64,000 nt of DNA from NCBI GenBank assembly GCA_027492035.1, contig JAOZFT010000004.1, forward strand, positions 416,001 to 480,000. The letters are read 5' to 3'. Below the pieces are notes generated by a model. That model ran no database searches and was not told the origin of the DNA. It saw nothing but the letters and a program-made list of their open reading frames with translations. Made by a program: the position numbers and the translations under genes. This document shows, in pieces, positions 19,873 to 29,894 of this stretch (position 1 is the first letter of the stretch; each line of letters begins with the position of its first letter). The DNA is from Thermoproteota archaeon (GTDB lineage: Archaea; Korarchaeota; JAOZGF01; JAOZFZ01).

Positions 19873-20550
19873 TTGGAAATCCGAATTTTATCCCATACGC
19901 CAAACCCTGAATTAATAGTTGCTTTGGCTGCGCGTCAAAGCTGGTCTTCAAAAAAAGTAGAGGATTTGAAAAAGGAGTTGACACCTGAAAAAGTTTCCAG
20001 CTTCTTGCGTAAACTCTACAAAATGCATCATCTTTCTCCCTTTGAACATGCAAACTTCACGTTTTTGGTGGAAGGAATTTCTAGGGTTACAAGCCATCAG
20101 CTTGTAAGGCATCGAATAGCCTCCTACACCCAACAAAGTCAGAGACATGTGGAGGTAACTGAGGGAAAATTTGTTGTACCTGAAACAATTAAAAACAAAT
20201 CTTCAACACATAGCCTCTACACTAAAGCAGTGAAGTCTGCAGTTTCTATTTATAAGAAACTTATAAATGAGGGGGTACCTCTTGAAGATGCAAGATACGT
20301 TCTTCCTAGTTCCGTCACAACCAGAATAATTTTCACTATGAACGCGAGAGAACTGCTTCACTTTTTCAAATTAAGAACATGTATAGCTGCTCAATGGGAA
20401 ATAAGGAAAGTAGCAGAAGAAATGCTGAAATTAGTCAAAGAAATAGCACCTAACCTCTTCTACTACGCCGGTCCACCATGTGTAGAAGGTATATGCCCAG
20501 AAAAAAAATTCTGTGAACTTTTCAAAAAATATTACAAGAAAAAGAGTTGA
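19873..20550 (+). CDS. thyX: FAD-dependent thymidylate synthase
   Basis: HLSPFEH, ISRVTSHQLVRHRIASYTQQSQR, EDARYVLP, NARELLHF, AQWEIR; TTG start inferred from SD. Confidence 0.95.
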   Translation: MEIRILSHTPNPELIVALAARQSWSSKKVEDLKKELTPEKVSSFLRKLYKMHHLSPFEHANFTFLVEGISRVTSHQLVRHRIASYTQQSQRHVEVTEGKFVVPETIKNKSSTHSLYTKAVKSAVSIYKKLINEGVPLEDARYVLPSSVTTRIIFTMNARELLHFFKLRTCIAAQWEIRKVAEEMLKLVKEIAPNLFYYAGPPCVEGICPEKKFCELFKKYYKKKS

Positions 20551-20577
20551 AATCTCCCGAAAAAGGGAGGGTCACAT

Positions 20578-21393
20578 TTGAGGTTTGCAGTAAAAATTTT
20601 TTATGACGGAGAAAACTTTAAAGGGTTTCAAAAGCAACCTAATGTACCTACTGTAGAGGATGAAATCCTTAAAGCCCTTAAGGCATGTGGTTTAATTCGC
20701 GACGGAAAAGAAAGCATGTTCAACTATGCAGGGAGAACAGATGCTGGTGTCCACGCTTTAGGACAAGTTATTTCCTTCAACTCCATAAAGGATGAAATCG
20801 ACATTTTCAGTCTAAATGATTACTTACCCTACGAAATAATAGCTTGGGCATATATTGAAGTTGATCCTGATTTTAACGCTAGAAAACATGCCTACTTAAG
20901 ATGGTACAGGTATGTAACTCCTTATAATGGGGAAGAAATAAGCAAGATGAAGGAAGCTGCAAAACTGCTTATTGGCACCCACGACTTCTCCTATCTCTCC
21001 AAACCAGTGAAGGATCAAGTTCAAACGAGAAGAGAAATCAAAACTGCTGTTTTAAGGAAAGAGCATGAAAACATTGTTTTCGACATAACAGGCGCCAGTT
21101 TCCTTTGGAAAATGGTTAGGAAAATCTGGTCAGCCTTGCAAATGGTTGGAAGAAGAGAAATAAGTGTTGAAGACTTCAGAAAGTTACTTGACAAAGAAAA
21201 AAATATACCTTTAACACCTGCAGAGCCTGAAAACTTGGTTTTAATGGATGTTTTTTACGAAATCCCCTTCATAGTCAGTAGCTTTGCAGTTAAAGAAATA
21301 ATTTATTACCTGAAAAAGAAACAAAAGAACCCTAAAGAGAGAAGGCCTGTTTTCCAATCTATTATTGAAGACTTACAAACAAGGATTAAGTAG
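20578..21393 (+). CDS. truA: tRNA pseudouridine(38-40) synthase
   Basis: YDGENFKGFQKQP, AGRTDAGVHA, GTHDFS, SFLWKMVR. Confidence 0.95.
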   Translation: MRFAVKIFYDGENFKGFQKQPNVPTVEDEILKALKACGLIRDGKESMFNYAGRTDAGVHALGQVISFNSIKDEIDIFSLNDYLPYEIIAWAYIEVDPDFNARKHAYLRWYRYVTPYNGEEISKMKEAAKLLIGTHDFSYLSKPVKDQVQTRREIKTAVLRKEHENIVFDITGASFLWKMVRKIWSALQMVGRREISVEDFRKLLDKEKNIPLTPAEPENLVLMDVFYEIPFIVSSFAVKEIIYYLKKKQKNPKERRPVFQSIIEDLQTRIK

Positions 21394-21481
21394 GTAATGA
21401 AAGGCTTTTTGCAACAAAAACTTTTAAATTTTTGAAGAATGGATATAGGCTGAGAAAATTTTTCTTTCAAGGTGTTTCTAA

Positions 21482-22639
21482 TTGATAGGTAAATACGACT
21501 TAATAGTTGTGGGTGCAGGACCTGCAGGCTTAGCTGCTGCTGGAAAAGCTGCTGAAGAAGGGCTAAAAACAATTATTTTAGAGAAACATAACGGCATAAA
21601 GGCTTGGAAACCATGTGCAGAGGGAGTAAGCAAACCAACATTTAAAACAGCAGATATAGAACCGGAAGAAAAAATTATCGATAACGTTACTTCAGCAAGA
21701 GTTTACGCTCCGAATGGCAAATATATAGATATAAATGAGGAAGGGTATAACATCAATAAATCAGCTTTCCTTTTTGAAATGGCTAAAAAAGCAGCTGAAG
21801 CAGGGGCTGAATTAAAAGTAAACACTCCTGTACACAGTGTATATTTCCAAGAAGGCAAAGTTTCAGGTGTCACTACCTCTAAAGGAAAAATATACGGGGA
21901 AATAGTAATTGGAGCTGATGGAATTTATTCAGTAATAGCTAAAACAGCTAATTTCAACAGGGAAGGATACGAGTTGATACCTGTTCAACAGTATAAACTA
22001 ATTAATGCTTCTATTAAGGAACCAAACGTGGCTAGGATTTATTTAGGTAAAGAAATAGCTCCCTTAGGTTACGCTTGGATTTTCCCAAAAAGCAGTAAAG
22101 TGGCTAATGTTGGGTTAGGTGTCCGAGGCAAGCCCGTTACATTCTATATGAAAAAGCTCTTGAAAGACCATCGGGATGAATTTAAACACTCTCAAATAGT
22201 TGAAATTGCAGGTGGAGCTGTGCCAATAAGCGGTTTAACTAAAGAAGTAGTGAAGGATCGCATTATTCTTGTAGGAGATGCTTCTGGTACAGTTATACCT
22301 TTCACTGGAGCCGGTATTCATTCCTCAATAGCTGCAGGTATTACAGCAGCTGAAGTTTCAGCTGAAGCCATAAGTGAAGAGAACCCTTCCAAAGACAATT
22401 TAAAAAAGTTTATTGAACGTTACAACAAATACTGGGGAACTAGAATAAAGAAAAGCTATAGGGTAATGAAACTTTTCGAAAAATTATCTGACAACGACTT
22501 AAATGAATTAGCTGAGGTCTTAACTCAGCAAGATGTCATAGACTTAGCAAACGGGTTTAACCCTAGAAGAGTAGCTAAGAAATTGCTTAAAAAACCTATA
22601 TTTGGTGCTAAGTTGGCATCCAAACTTTTCTCTGTTTAA
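21482..22639 (+). CDS. Geranylgeranyl reductase family flavoprotein (DGGGPL reductase-like)
   Basis: GAGPAG, KPCAEG, GADG, GYAWIFPK, NVGLG, VGDA...PFTGAGI. Confidence 0.9.
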   Translation: MIGKYDLIVVGAGPAGLAAAGKAAEEGLKTIILEKHNGIKAWKPCAEGVSKPTFKTADIEPEEKIIDNVTSARVYAPNGKYIDINEEGYNINKSAFLFEMAKKAAEAGAELKVNTPVHSVYFQEGKVSGVTTSKGKIYGEIVIGADGIYSVIAKTANFNREGYELIPVQQYKLINASIKEPNVARIYLGKEIAPLGYAWIFPKSSKVANVGLGVRGKPVTFYMKKLLKDHRDEFKHSQIVEIAGGAVPISGLTKEVVKDRIILVGDASGTVIPFTGAGIHSSIAAGITAAEVSAEAISEENPSKDNLKKFIERYNKYWGTRIKKSYRVMKLFEKLSDNDLNELAEVLTQQDVIDLANGFNPRRVAKKLLKKPIFGAKLASKLFSV

Positions 22640-22651
22640 AGAGGTGTTTCT

Positions 22652-23764
22652 ATGGAGAAACTGAATAAGTTACTTTTGTTTGAATTACATAAAAACCTTA
22701 ACGCTAAATTTTTTGAGTTTGCAGGTTGGAAGATGCCTTCCCAATATTATAAACCCAGTCAAGAACACCTAGCTGTTAGAAAAAGTGTTGGAATCTTTGA
22801 TGTCTCCCACATGGGAAGATTCAGGTTCAAAGGAGGCAAGGTGAAGGAGTTCATTCAATATTTAACAACCAATGATGCAAGGCTTTTAGAAGAGAGAGCA
22901 ATGTATACCTTAATTTGTCGTGAAAATGGCGGAATAATTGACGACGCAATCTTTTTTAAGGACAGCAAAGGTTTTGGGGTTGTTGTTAATGCTTCAAACA
23001 GAGAAAAGGACTATAATTGGTTCCTGAAAAACGCTAAAGATTTCAGTGTAGAAGTGAAGGACTTAACTTTTGATTCCGTAATGCTTGCTGTTCAAGGACC
23101 TAAAGCGGAGGCAACCTTGCAAAAATTAACAGATTTTGAACTTGTTAAAATGAAAAGATTCGGACAGGCTGAGATTAAACTAGTGAACTTACCAGTTAAT
23201 ATAACGCGAACTGGCTATACAGGCGAAGACGGTTTCGAAATAATATTTTGGAAAGCTTCAAAAAACATTAACCAAGCTTTTAACCTTTTTGAAGAGATAC
23301 TGAACGCAGGGAAGGAATACGAAATTAAACCATGCGGTTTAATAGCTAGAGATACTTTGAGACTTGAAGCGGGAATGGTTCTTTACGATCACGATATTAA
23401 CGAATCCATAACTCCTTTAGAAGCTAACTTAGGCTTTGTGGTTAAATTCAACTTTGGTTCTTTCATAGGGAAAGAGAAACTAATGGAGCAAAGTAAAAAG
23501 GGGGTTGAAAAAATAAGGGTAGGTTTTGAAATGATTGAAAGAGGATTTCCAAGGCCTGGAGACAAAATATATAGCAAAGAAAGGGTTGAAATAGGGGCGG
23601 TGACAAGTTCAGGCAAACCACCCACTTGTAAGAATCCCATAGGGATGGGTTATGTAAAACTGCGCTACAGCGAACCCGGCGAAAAAATATTTATTGAAAC
23701 TAAGACAGGCGTTAAGAAAGCGAAAATAACTAAGCTCCCTTTCTGTGCACTTAAAAGAATTTAA
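22652..23764 (+). CDS. gcvT: Glycine cleavage system T protein
   Basis: FAGWKMP, FDVSHMG, GGIIDD, AVQGP, RTGYTGEDGFE, RDTLRLEAG. Confidence 0.96.
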   Translation: MEKLNKLLLFELHKNLNAKFFEFAGWKMPSQYYKPSQEHLAVRKSVGIFDVSHMGRFRFKGGKVKEFIQYLTTNDARLLEERAMYTLICRENGGIIDDAIFFKDSKGFGVVVNASNREKDYNWFLKNAKDFSVEVKDLTFDSVMLAVQGPKAEATLQKLTDFELVKMKRFGQAEIKLVNLPVNITRTGYTGEDGFEIIFWKASKNINQAFNLFEEILNAGKEYEIKPCGLIARDTLRLEAGMVLYDHDINESITPLEANLGFVVKFNFGSFIGKEKLMEQSKKGVEKIRVGFEMIERGFPRPGDKIYSKERVEIGAVTSSGKPPTCKNPIGMGYVKLRYSEPGEKIFIETKTGVKKAKITKLPFCALKRI

Positions 23765-23986
23765 AATAACTTAGAAAAAAGAAATTCAGAATTTTTTCCT
23801 TGAATTGAAAAATTCCTGTTTTAAATTTTTCATTAAACAAAGTTCAATTATTTCTCGATATCTACTCTTCTTCTTCATTTCTTCTTTGAAAAAATGTTCA
23901 TTATAAAGGTTGTCTATTTTATTTTTTTATTTTTTTAGCGCTAAAATTAAATAATTTAAAAGAAAGGCTACAATTTGGTGCTCTAA

Positions 23987-25333
23987 GTGAAAATAAGGTT
24001 TCCGAAAATAGTTGTTACACCGCCAGGGCCACGTGCCAGAGAGCTTTTAAAAGCAGATAGGAAATATATCTCCCCGAGTTATGTAAGATGGTTCCCTTTA
24101 GTGGTGGAAACAGGTAAAGGAGCCATTATTAAAGATGTAGATGGAAATGAATACATAGACTTTAATGCAGGAATAGCTGTCTTAGCCTTAGGTCTATCCA
24201 ATGAAGAAATCAATGAAGTAGTTTGTAAACAGGTGAAGAAGTTAATCCATTACTCTAACACTGACTTTTATTATGAACCATCAATAAGATTAGCTGAAAA
24301 ATTGACTAAAATAACCCCCGGCTCCGCAGAAAAAAAGGTTTATTTCGGAAACAGTGGAACAGAAGCCGTTGAAGCTGCAATTAAGTTAGCTCGTTGGCAT
24401 ACTACTAAAAGCCGTATAATAGCTTTCATAGGTGCTTTTCACGGAAGGACTCTGGGATCCCTAAGTTTAACTGCCAGTAAGACTGTTCAAAGGGCCAGGT
24501 TCAGCCCTTTTATACCAAACGTAACACATGTCCCTTACCCTTACTGTTACAGGTGTCCCTTCAACTTAGAACCTGAAAGTTGCAACTACTACTGTGTCGA
24601 TTTTATTGAGGAATGGGTTTTAGAAAAGTATGTACCACCCGAGGAAGTAGCAGCTATAATTTTTGAACCGATCCAAGGTGAAGGAGGATATATAGTTCCG
24701 CCAATCGGTTACTTTAGGAAATTGAAGAAACTTGCAGACAAGTACGGAATATTACTTATCGACGATGAAGTTCAAGCTGGAATGGGTAGGACAGGTAGAT
24801 GGTGGGCTATTGAACATTACGATGTAATTCCTGACATTATTTGCAGCGCCAAAGCCTTAGCTAATGGCTTACCTTTAGGTGCAGCAATAGCTAAAGCTGA
24901 AATTATGGATTGGCCTGGAGGTTCTCATGCAAGTACATTTGGGGGTAACCCGGTGGCGTGCGCGGCGGGATTAAAGGTTTTAGAGATAATGGAGAAAGAA
25001 AATTTGCTTTCACATGTAAAGGAAATGGGGAATTATTTATTGGCAAGATTCAAAGAAATGAAGGAGAACTATGAAATAATCGGAGATGTGCGTGGTAAAG
25101 GGTTAATGATAGGGGTTGAGTTAGTTAGAGACAGGGAAAAAAAGACCTATGCAAAAAAGGAAGCTGAGGAAATAATAACTGAAAGTTGGAAAAGAGGACT
25201 GGCAATCATCACTGCAGGTGTGTCAACTTTAAGAATTTCACCTCCCTTGATAATATCTAAAGAACTTGTTGATACAGGACTTGAAATTTTGGAGGGCCAA
25301 ATAAAGGAGGTAAACAAAAAAATCTTCCCTTAA
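23987..25333 (+). CDS. Class III PLP aminotransferase (acetylornithine/4-aminobutyrate family)
   Basis: NSGTEAVEAAIK, AFHGRT, EPIQGEGG, DEVQAGMGRTG, AK, STFGGNP. Confidence 0.92.
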   Translation: MKIRFPKIVVTPPGPRARELLKADRKYISPSYVRWFPLVVETGKGAIIKDVDGNEYIDFNAGIAVLALGLSNEEINEVVCKQVKKLIHYSNTDFYYEPSIRLAEKLTKITPGSAEKKVYFGNSGTEAVEAAIKLARWHTTKSRIIAFIGAFHGRTLGSLSLTASKTVQRARFSPFIPNVTHVPYPYCYRCPFNLEPESCNYYCVDFIEEWVLEKYVPPEEVAAIIFEPIQGEGGYIVPPIGYFRKLKKLADKYGILLIDDEVQAGMGRTGRWWAIEHYDVIPDIICSAKALANGLPLGAAIAKAEIMDWPGGSHASTFGGNPVACAAGLKVLEIMEKENLLSHVKEMGNYLLARFKEMKENYEIIGDVRGKGLMIGVELVRDREKKTYAKKEAEEIITESWKRGLAIITAGVSTLRISPPLIISKELVDTGLEILEGQIKEVNKKIFP

Positions 25334-25404
25334 CTTTTTTTGAGCTCCTTTACTTTTAAAGGGTTTTCTTTTCCTATAGCCACCAGAAAATTTAATTGTG
25401 AGGT

Positions 25405-26758
25405 CTACTTTCTAATTTTTATGTATTGGTAGGCTTCAGCAGCTGTCTCGAAACAGTAATGTACCTCTTGGAAGCTTTTTTTGAATTCTTTTACATCATT
25501 TAATACTTTCTCAGGTTTCTCTTTGTCTATTATTACTCTTTTCATAAAGTCTGCAATTTCCTCCATGTCTTGTTCCTTCATCCCTAGCCTTGTAACTTCA
25601 CTTGTACCTAGTCTTATTCCGCCTGGATGCTCGTAATGTCTCCCTTCCCGAATATCCCAGGGTAAAAGGTTTCTATTAACTATTATGTTTGCCTTTTCCA
25701 GTTCTTTTTCAATTGCTGCACCATCTCCATACTCCGAAATATCTACGAGTAATGTATGACTCTCAGTGAACCCTTTGTCAGCTGCTACCACCTTGAAGCC
25801 TCTCTCATAAAGTGATTCCCCAAGTTTTTTTGCGTTCCTAATTATTTGTTTTGCGTATTCTTTTCCAAACTTTAGGTGCTCAGTTAAAGCTATAGATAAA
25901 GCTGCTACGCAGTTTAAGTGGTGGTTACTCACTAGCCCAGGGAAAGTAGCTCTTTTAATTTCCTCGAAACACTCCTTTTTCCCTACAACCATCCCATGTT
26001 GAGGACCTGGTAAAGTCTTGTGGGTTGACATTGAAATCACGGCTGCTCCTTCCCGCAGAGGGTCCTGAAACAAACCTGCCCCTATTAAGCCCGCTACATG
26101 AGCTGCATCATAAGCCATAACTGAACCTACTTCTTGAGCTGTTTCGACGAACTCTTTCACTGGATGTGGAAACAAGAATACACTCCCTCCAAACATTAAC
26201 AGTTTAGGTTTCTCCCTCTTTATCTTTTTTATGGATTTATCTACGTCAATGTTCATTTCTTCTTCATTGAATTCGAAGTATTCCACGTTTAATCCTTTCA
26301 CAGCACCTGCTGTGCCTCCTATGAATGAACCAGTTTTTGATTTTAAAGGACCAGCTGAAATATGTCCCCCCTTACTTATAGGTAAGGCGAAAATTTTGTC
26401 TCCTGGTTCGGTGAAGGCCGTATAGACAACTAAATTGGCCACAACACCAGAAATAGGTCTTACGTCAGCAAATTCTGACCGGAAAAGTTCTTTAGCTAAC
26501 TCAATAGTTATTTCTTCCACTTCATCTATATATTTGCAGCCTGCATAAACTCTCTCTCCGGGCCAACCCTGCAGAAGCCCTTAGTTTTCATCTAAGGACT
26601 TACTCTGCGTATCTGTGCCCGAAGTCAGAAACTAATGCCTCTCTGACAGCTGGACTCGTCACATTTTCACTGGCAATTAAAGGGATGGCATCTATAAACC
26701 ATTCATGATGTTTCTTCAACAAATCGAAAATTCTTCTGTAACTTTCTTCAGGTTCCAA
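25405..26758 (-). CDS. glyA: Serine hydroxymethyltransferase, two exons: 26758-26603 and 26568-25405; 439 aa after splicing
   Basis: Exon 1 LIASENVTSPAVREALVSDFGHRYAE joins exon 2 GWPGERVYAGCKYIDEVE...YDAAH...STHKTLPGPQ; SD GGTGATGG before TTG start. Confidence 0.93.
26569..26602 (-). other. 34-nt BHB intron in glyA mRNA
   Basis: GCAG-[AGU]-AAGUCCUUAG-augaaaa-CUAAGGGCUU-CUGC-[AGG]; cutting after bulge nt 2 joins GAG|GGT (Glu-Gly); intron carries in-frame TAA and TGA. Confidence 0.9.
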
Positions 26759-26895
26759 ATTCCATCACCATCCTTTAAAAATCCTTCAAACTTAAATGAT
26801 TCCCTTCAAAACCTTTATATTTTTATGTTTTCTAATAAGGATTGAGAAATTACCTAAATTCCTTCAATTTTTTTCTCTGAAAACCTATCTAAGCT

Positions 26896-28032
26896 TTGGA
26901 AAATATGTCAGAGGTTAAAAAAATGGCGGAAGCCGAAGTTACTTTAAGCGGTGAACTAAAAGGGAGAAAGGTATTCTTAGAAGGTCCAAAAAAGTCCATA
27001 CAAGAGTACATAAATAAAGGCTTTGGTTATTGGGAGGCTGACTCTGAAACTTTAGAGCTTCACCTCATAGAAGCCCTTTATCTCCTAGAAAAAAATAAGA
27101 TAAATCTTTATAAAGGGGAAAAACAGTTGGAAAGGAGCGATTTACTTAATGAATTGAAGGAGAACGAAAATGATTTCTTAAGATACCTTGTTTACAAAGA
27201 TTTAAGGGATAGAGGGAGGATAGTAAAGATTGGACCCTTAGATTTCCTTAGGCTCTTTGTTGGCCAGTATAAACCTGAGGATTCTGTTTCAAGATATTTT
27301 ATTTTCGCTTTATCTGAAGAAAAGCCTATGCTGTTTCAAACACTTACGAAGTTAATAAACGAAAGCTCGAAACTTAGGAAAGAACTACTGTTAGCCATAG
27401 TCAACGATGAAGGAATAATCTCTTACTATGTTACACGGAAAATAGATATTTTATCAATTGATGTTCCACATTTAGATTTTGAAAATGTTGAAGCTTACCT
27501 GTACGGTGACCGTTTAGTCATTTGGAACATAGAAAAAGCCAGAGAACTGTATGAGAAAGGTTTTTTCGGGCATCCGATAGGGATAAGGAAACCTAAATCC
27601 TTTGAGTTTGAACAACCATCTCTCCTGTCTCTCTACGAAGCCCATTACTTGCTGAAAAAGAAAAAAATAAAAGTCATCGACCCAAAAAACGGTAAAGAAC
27701 TGGATCTGGAATCTTTCGTAGAGAAAGCTAAAAGTTTAAGGGAAAGGTTTGACATACGTTGTCAAGTATATGACTACTGGCGTGACAAGGGCTATGTGGT
27801 GAAAAGTGGTTCACTGTACGGTGTAGACTTTATAATCTATTTAAGAGGCCCTGGAATGGATGAACATTCAAAGTACATGAACCATGTTTATTCAGAAAGT
27901 TCAAGTTTCATACCCTTAGAAATTATTAGGGCGGGAAGAGTAGCTACTACTGTAAGGAAAAAACTAATCTTATCTTTATTAAACAAAAAGGGGGAGATAA
28001 ACTTTTACAAGTTTTCTTGGCATAAACCTTAA
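26896..28032 (+). CDS. endA: tRNA-splicing endonuclease, two fused units (structural plus catalytic)
   Basis: Unit 1 LHLIEALYL/YLVYKDLRDRG; unit 2 with catalytic Y (SGSLYG), H (DEHS), K (VRKK) and GHPIGIRKPK loop. Confidence 0.95.
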   Translation: MENMSEVKKMAEAEVTLSGELKGRKVFLEGPKKSIQEYINKGFGYWEADSETLELHLIEALYLLEKNKINLYKGEKQLERSDLLNELKENENDFLRYLVYKDLRDRGRIVKIGPLDFLRLFVGQYKPEDSVSRYFIFALSEEKPMLFQTLTKLINESSKLRKELLLAIVNDEGIISYYVTRKIDILSIDVPHLDFENVEAYLYGDRLVIWNIEKARELYEKGFFGHPIGIRKPKSFEFEQPSLLSLYEAHYLLKKKKIKVIDPKNGKELDLESFVEKAKSLRERFDIRCQVYDYWRDKGYVVKSGSLYGVDFIIYLRGPGMDEHSKYMNHVYSESSSFIPLEIIRAGRVATTVRKKLILSLLNKKGEINFYKFSWHKP

Positions 28033-28052
28033 AGAACGATTTCGGTGAGCAA

Positions 28053-29429
28053 TCAAATTTTCAAAAGTTTATCCTCGTATTTCTTTAGGTAGAGGGCTGC
28101 TTCACCTACGTCCATAAAAAGCTTATCCACTTCCTCTACGTCGTCAACCTCCACTTTTTCGCGTTTCCTTATCTTGGCTTTCTGACCAGCTAAGCTAAGA
28201 AGCTGTACGGCGTAACGTAGAGAAGAATTTGCGCCTATTTCAACCAATTTATTAAGGGCATCCTCTTCAATTTTCACTTTTTCCTCTTCAGCTCTAATTT
28301 TAAGTATCTCTTTTATTTCTTCCGGATTGTACTCTTTCGTGCCAATGATTACAGATCTATCAATTAGATCTAAAGGGAACCCTAACGGGCTTGCCACATC
28401 TGTGCCTCTTATTTTGGTTACTCCCCTGTTAGTTGCAAGAATTATTATAGGTACTAACTCGCTCTCCATCGACCTACTGAGGAAACTAAAGGCTTCAAGA
28501 TCCAGCAAATGGGAATCATCAATAAACAGAACTCCTGGGTGAATGAATGCCTTCCCTGAATCCACCCACTCTTTCACTTGTTTATCCACTTGCAGCCTTA
28601 TTTCAGGGTCTATTTCCTTCTTTTCAACTCCTCCGAAGAACAAAGACAGGATTCCCCCACCTGCTCTTTGTTTAGCCACAATATTGTCTAAATCGTTCAA
28701 AGTCATTGTGTAAACGAACTCTTTTTCTTTCAGTATTTCTCCTGCAGGTCTAGGCACTTTTACTTCAGTATCTACATCCAGCTTCTTTCCTCTCTCACTA
28801 TCGAGGGAAACACCTGCCTTTACTACCCTACCTGTCTCTGCGTCTATTTGAATAACATCCCCTTCAACTATCCCCTGTTGAATTATTTGTTCAGCTATGC
28901 TTGACCCTGCTTCTATTGTTTTTTCCTCCTCTAATGTTTTCAATTTGATTTTTACGCTATGAGGAACTTTTTGGTATGGATTGTAAGGGTGAGGCCTTGT
29001 CTCTATATCCACTGAAACAACTTCTCCTTCATATATCTTCCTCATTTCATGAATTTCGACTCCTATGCTTTTTCTTAAGGCTTCGATCAATATCTCTGTT
29101 TTCTTTCTTTCGCTACTATAAATTTCGCTTCCACTCATCTGGATAAAGGGTACATTTACTCCTAATTCTTTTGAAATTGCTATTGCGATTGCTGTTTTGC
29201 CTGTTCCTGGAGGACCTGCTAAAATTATTGTTTTCCCGCTTAACTTTCCCTCTTTGATCATGTTGACAATTATCCCTGCTGCTTCTCTAGCTTTCAACTG
29301 ACCAACCATGCCATCTTTCTTAAAAATAGCTTTTAAGTTTTCATCTAAACCTAGGCCTTTGATATGAGTGTGCGCACCAATTCTTTCAAATCCTCTTGAG
29401 GTTTCTTTTACCTCTTTTATTAAGGACAA
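28053..29429 (-). CDS. TIP49/RuvB-like AAA+ ATPase
   Basis: RIGAHTHIKGLGLD, GPPGTGKT, GSEIYS, PGVLFIDD, ATNRG, PLDLIDR, SLRYA. Confidence 0.95.
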   Translation of the reverse strand: MSLIKEVKETSRGFERIGAHTHIKGLGLDENLKAIFKKDGMVGQLKAREAAGIIVNMIKEGKLSGKTIILAGPPGTGKTAIAIAISKELGVNVPFIQMSGSEIYSSERKKTEILIEALRKSIGVEIHEMRKIYEGEVVSVDIETRPHPYNPYQKVPHSVKIKLKTLEEEKTIEAGSSIAEQIIQQGIVEGDVIQIDAETGRVVKAGVSLDSERGKKLDVDTEVKVPRPAGEILKEKEFVYTMTLNDLDNIVAKQRAGGGILSLFFGGVEKKEIDPEIRLQVDKQVKEWVDSGKAFIHPGVLFIDDSHLLDLEAFSFLSRSMESELVPIIILATNRGVTKIRGTDVASPLGFPLDLIDRSVIIGTKEYNPEEIKEILKIRAEEEKVKIEEDALNKLVEIGANSSLRYAVQLLSLAGQKAKIRKREKVEVDDVEEVDKLFMDVGEAALYLKKYEDKLLKI

Positions 29430-29437
29430 AATCTATC

Positions 29438-29500
29438 ACCTCAGTAGCCGACGATCATCACTTTTCAAAACTTTATTAAGGGGCATAATTTTTCAGGGGA
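29438..29500 (-). ncRNA. Possible C/D-box sRNA or K-turn in the TIP49 leader
   Basis: TTGA-AAA-GTGATGA-TCGTCGGCTA-CTGA, running into the SD GGTGAT; no clear upstream C box. Confidence 0.35.
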
Positions 29501-29894
29501 AGATAAAAAGGTTTCTCAAAACTTAAACTTGGAGAAGCTGCTTTTAAGAGAAAAATTATCTACTTAAATTAAAAAATGATCAACGAAAAATTTAAATATT
29601 CTCTTTTGCTTCAGAAAGAACATCTTCTTTTGAGGGATGAAGAGTGAAAGGCGGTCGTCAAACAAATAATTAAAGCTTCGTGCGATAACTCTCTACCTTT
29701 ACTTGATAAATATAAGCAACTACAACTTATTTCTTCTTTCCTTCCCTATTCCCCTATTTCTTACTCCTTTAAACACTCTTTTATTTTGTATACCTATGTC
29801 TTCTTTTCATTTCTCCTTTCTAAGTTTCTTTATTTTCTTCAAACTTCACTCACATCCCAAACTACTTGAGTCATTTAGAAAGGTGCTTCATATA

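Noticed and set aside
26314-26352. Possible second, in-frame 30-nt intron in glyA (TCCT/AGGA helix)
   Set aside because: The frame is open, the BHB is imperfect, and removal would destroy the GGTAG segment; more likely a variable loop
29632-29694. C/D-like RNA upstream of thrS (ATGAAGA...)
   Set aside because: No CTGA D box or convincing C'/D' boxes
29703-29894. N-terminal extension of the ThrRS ORF
   Set aside because: Low-complexity pyrimidine-rich leader; homology starts at ATG 29895
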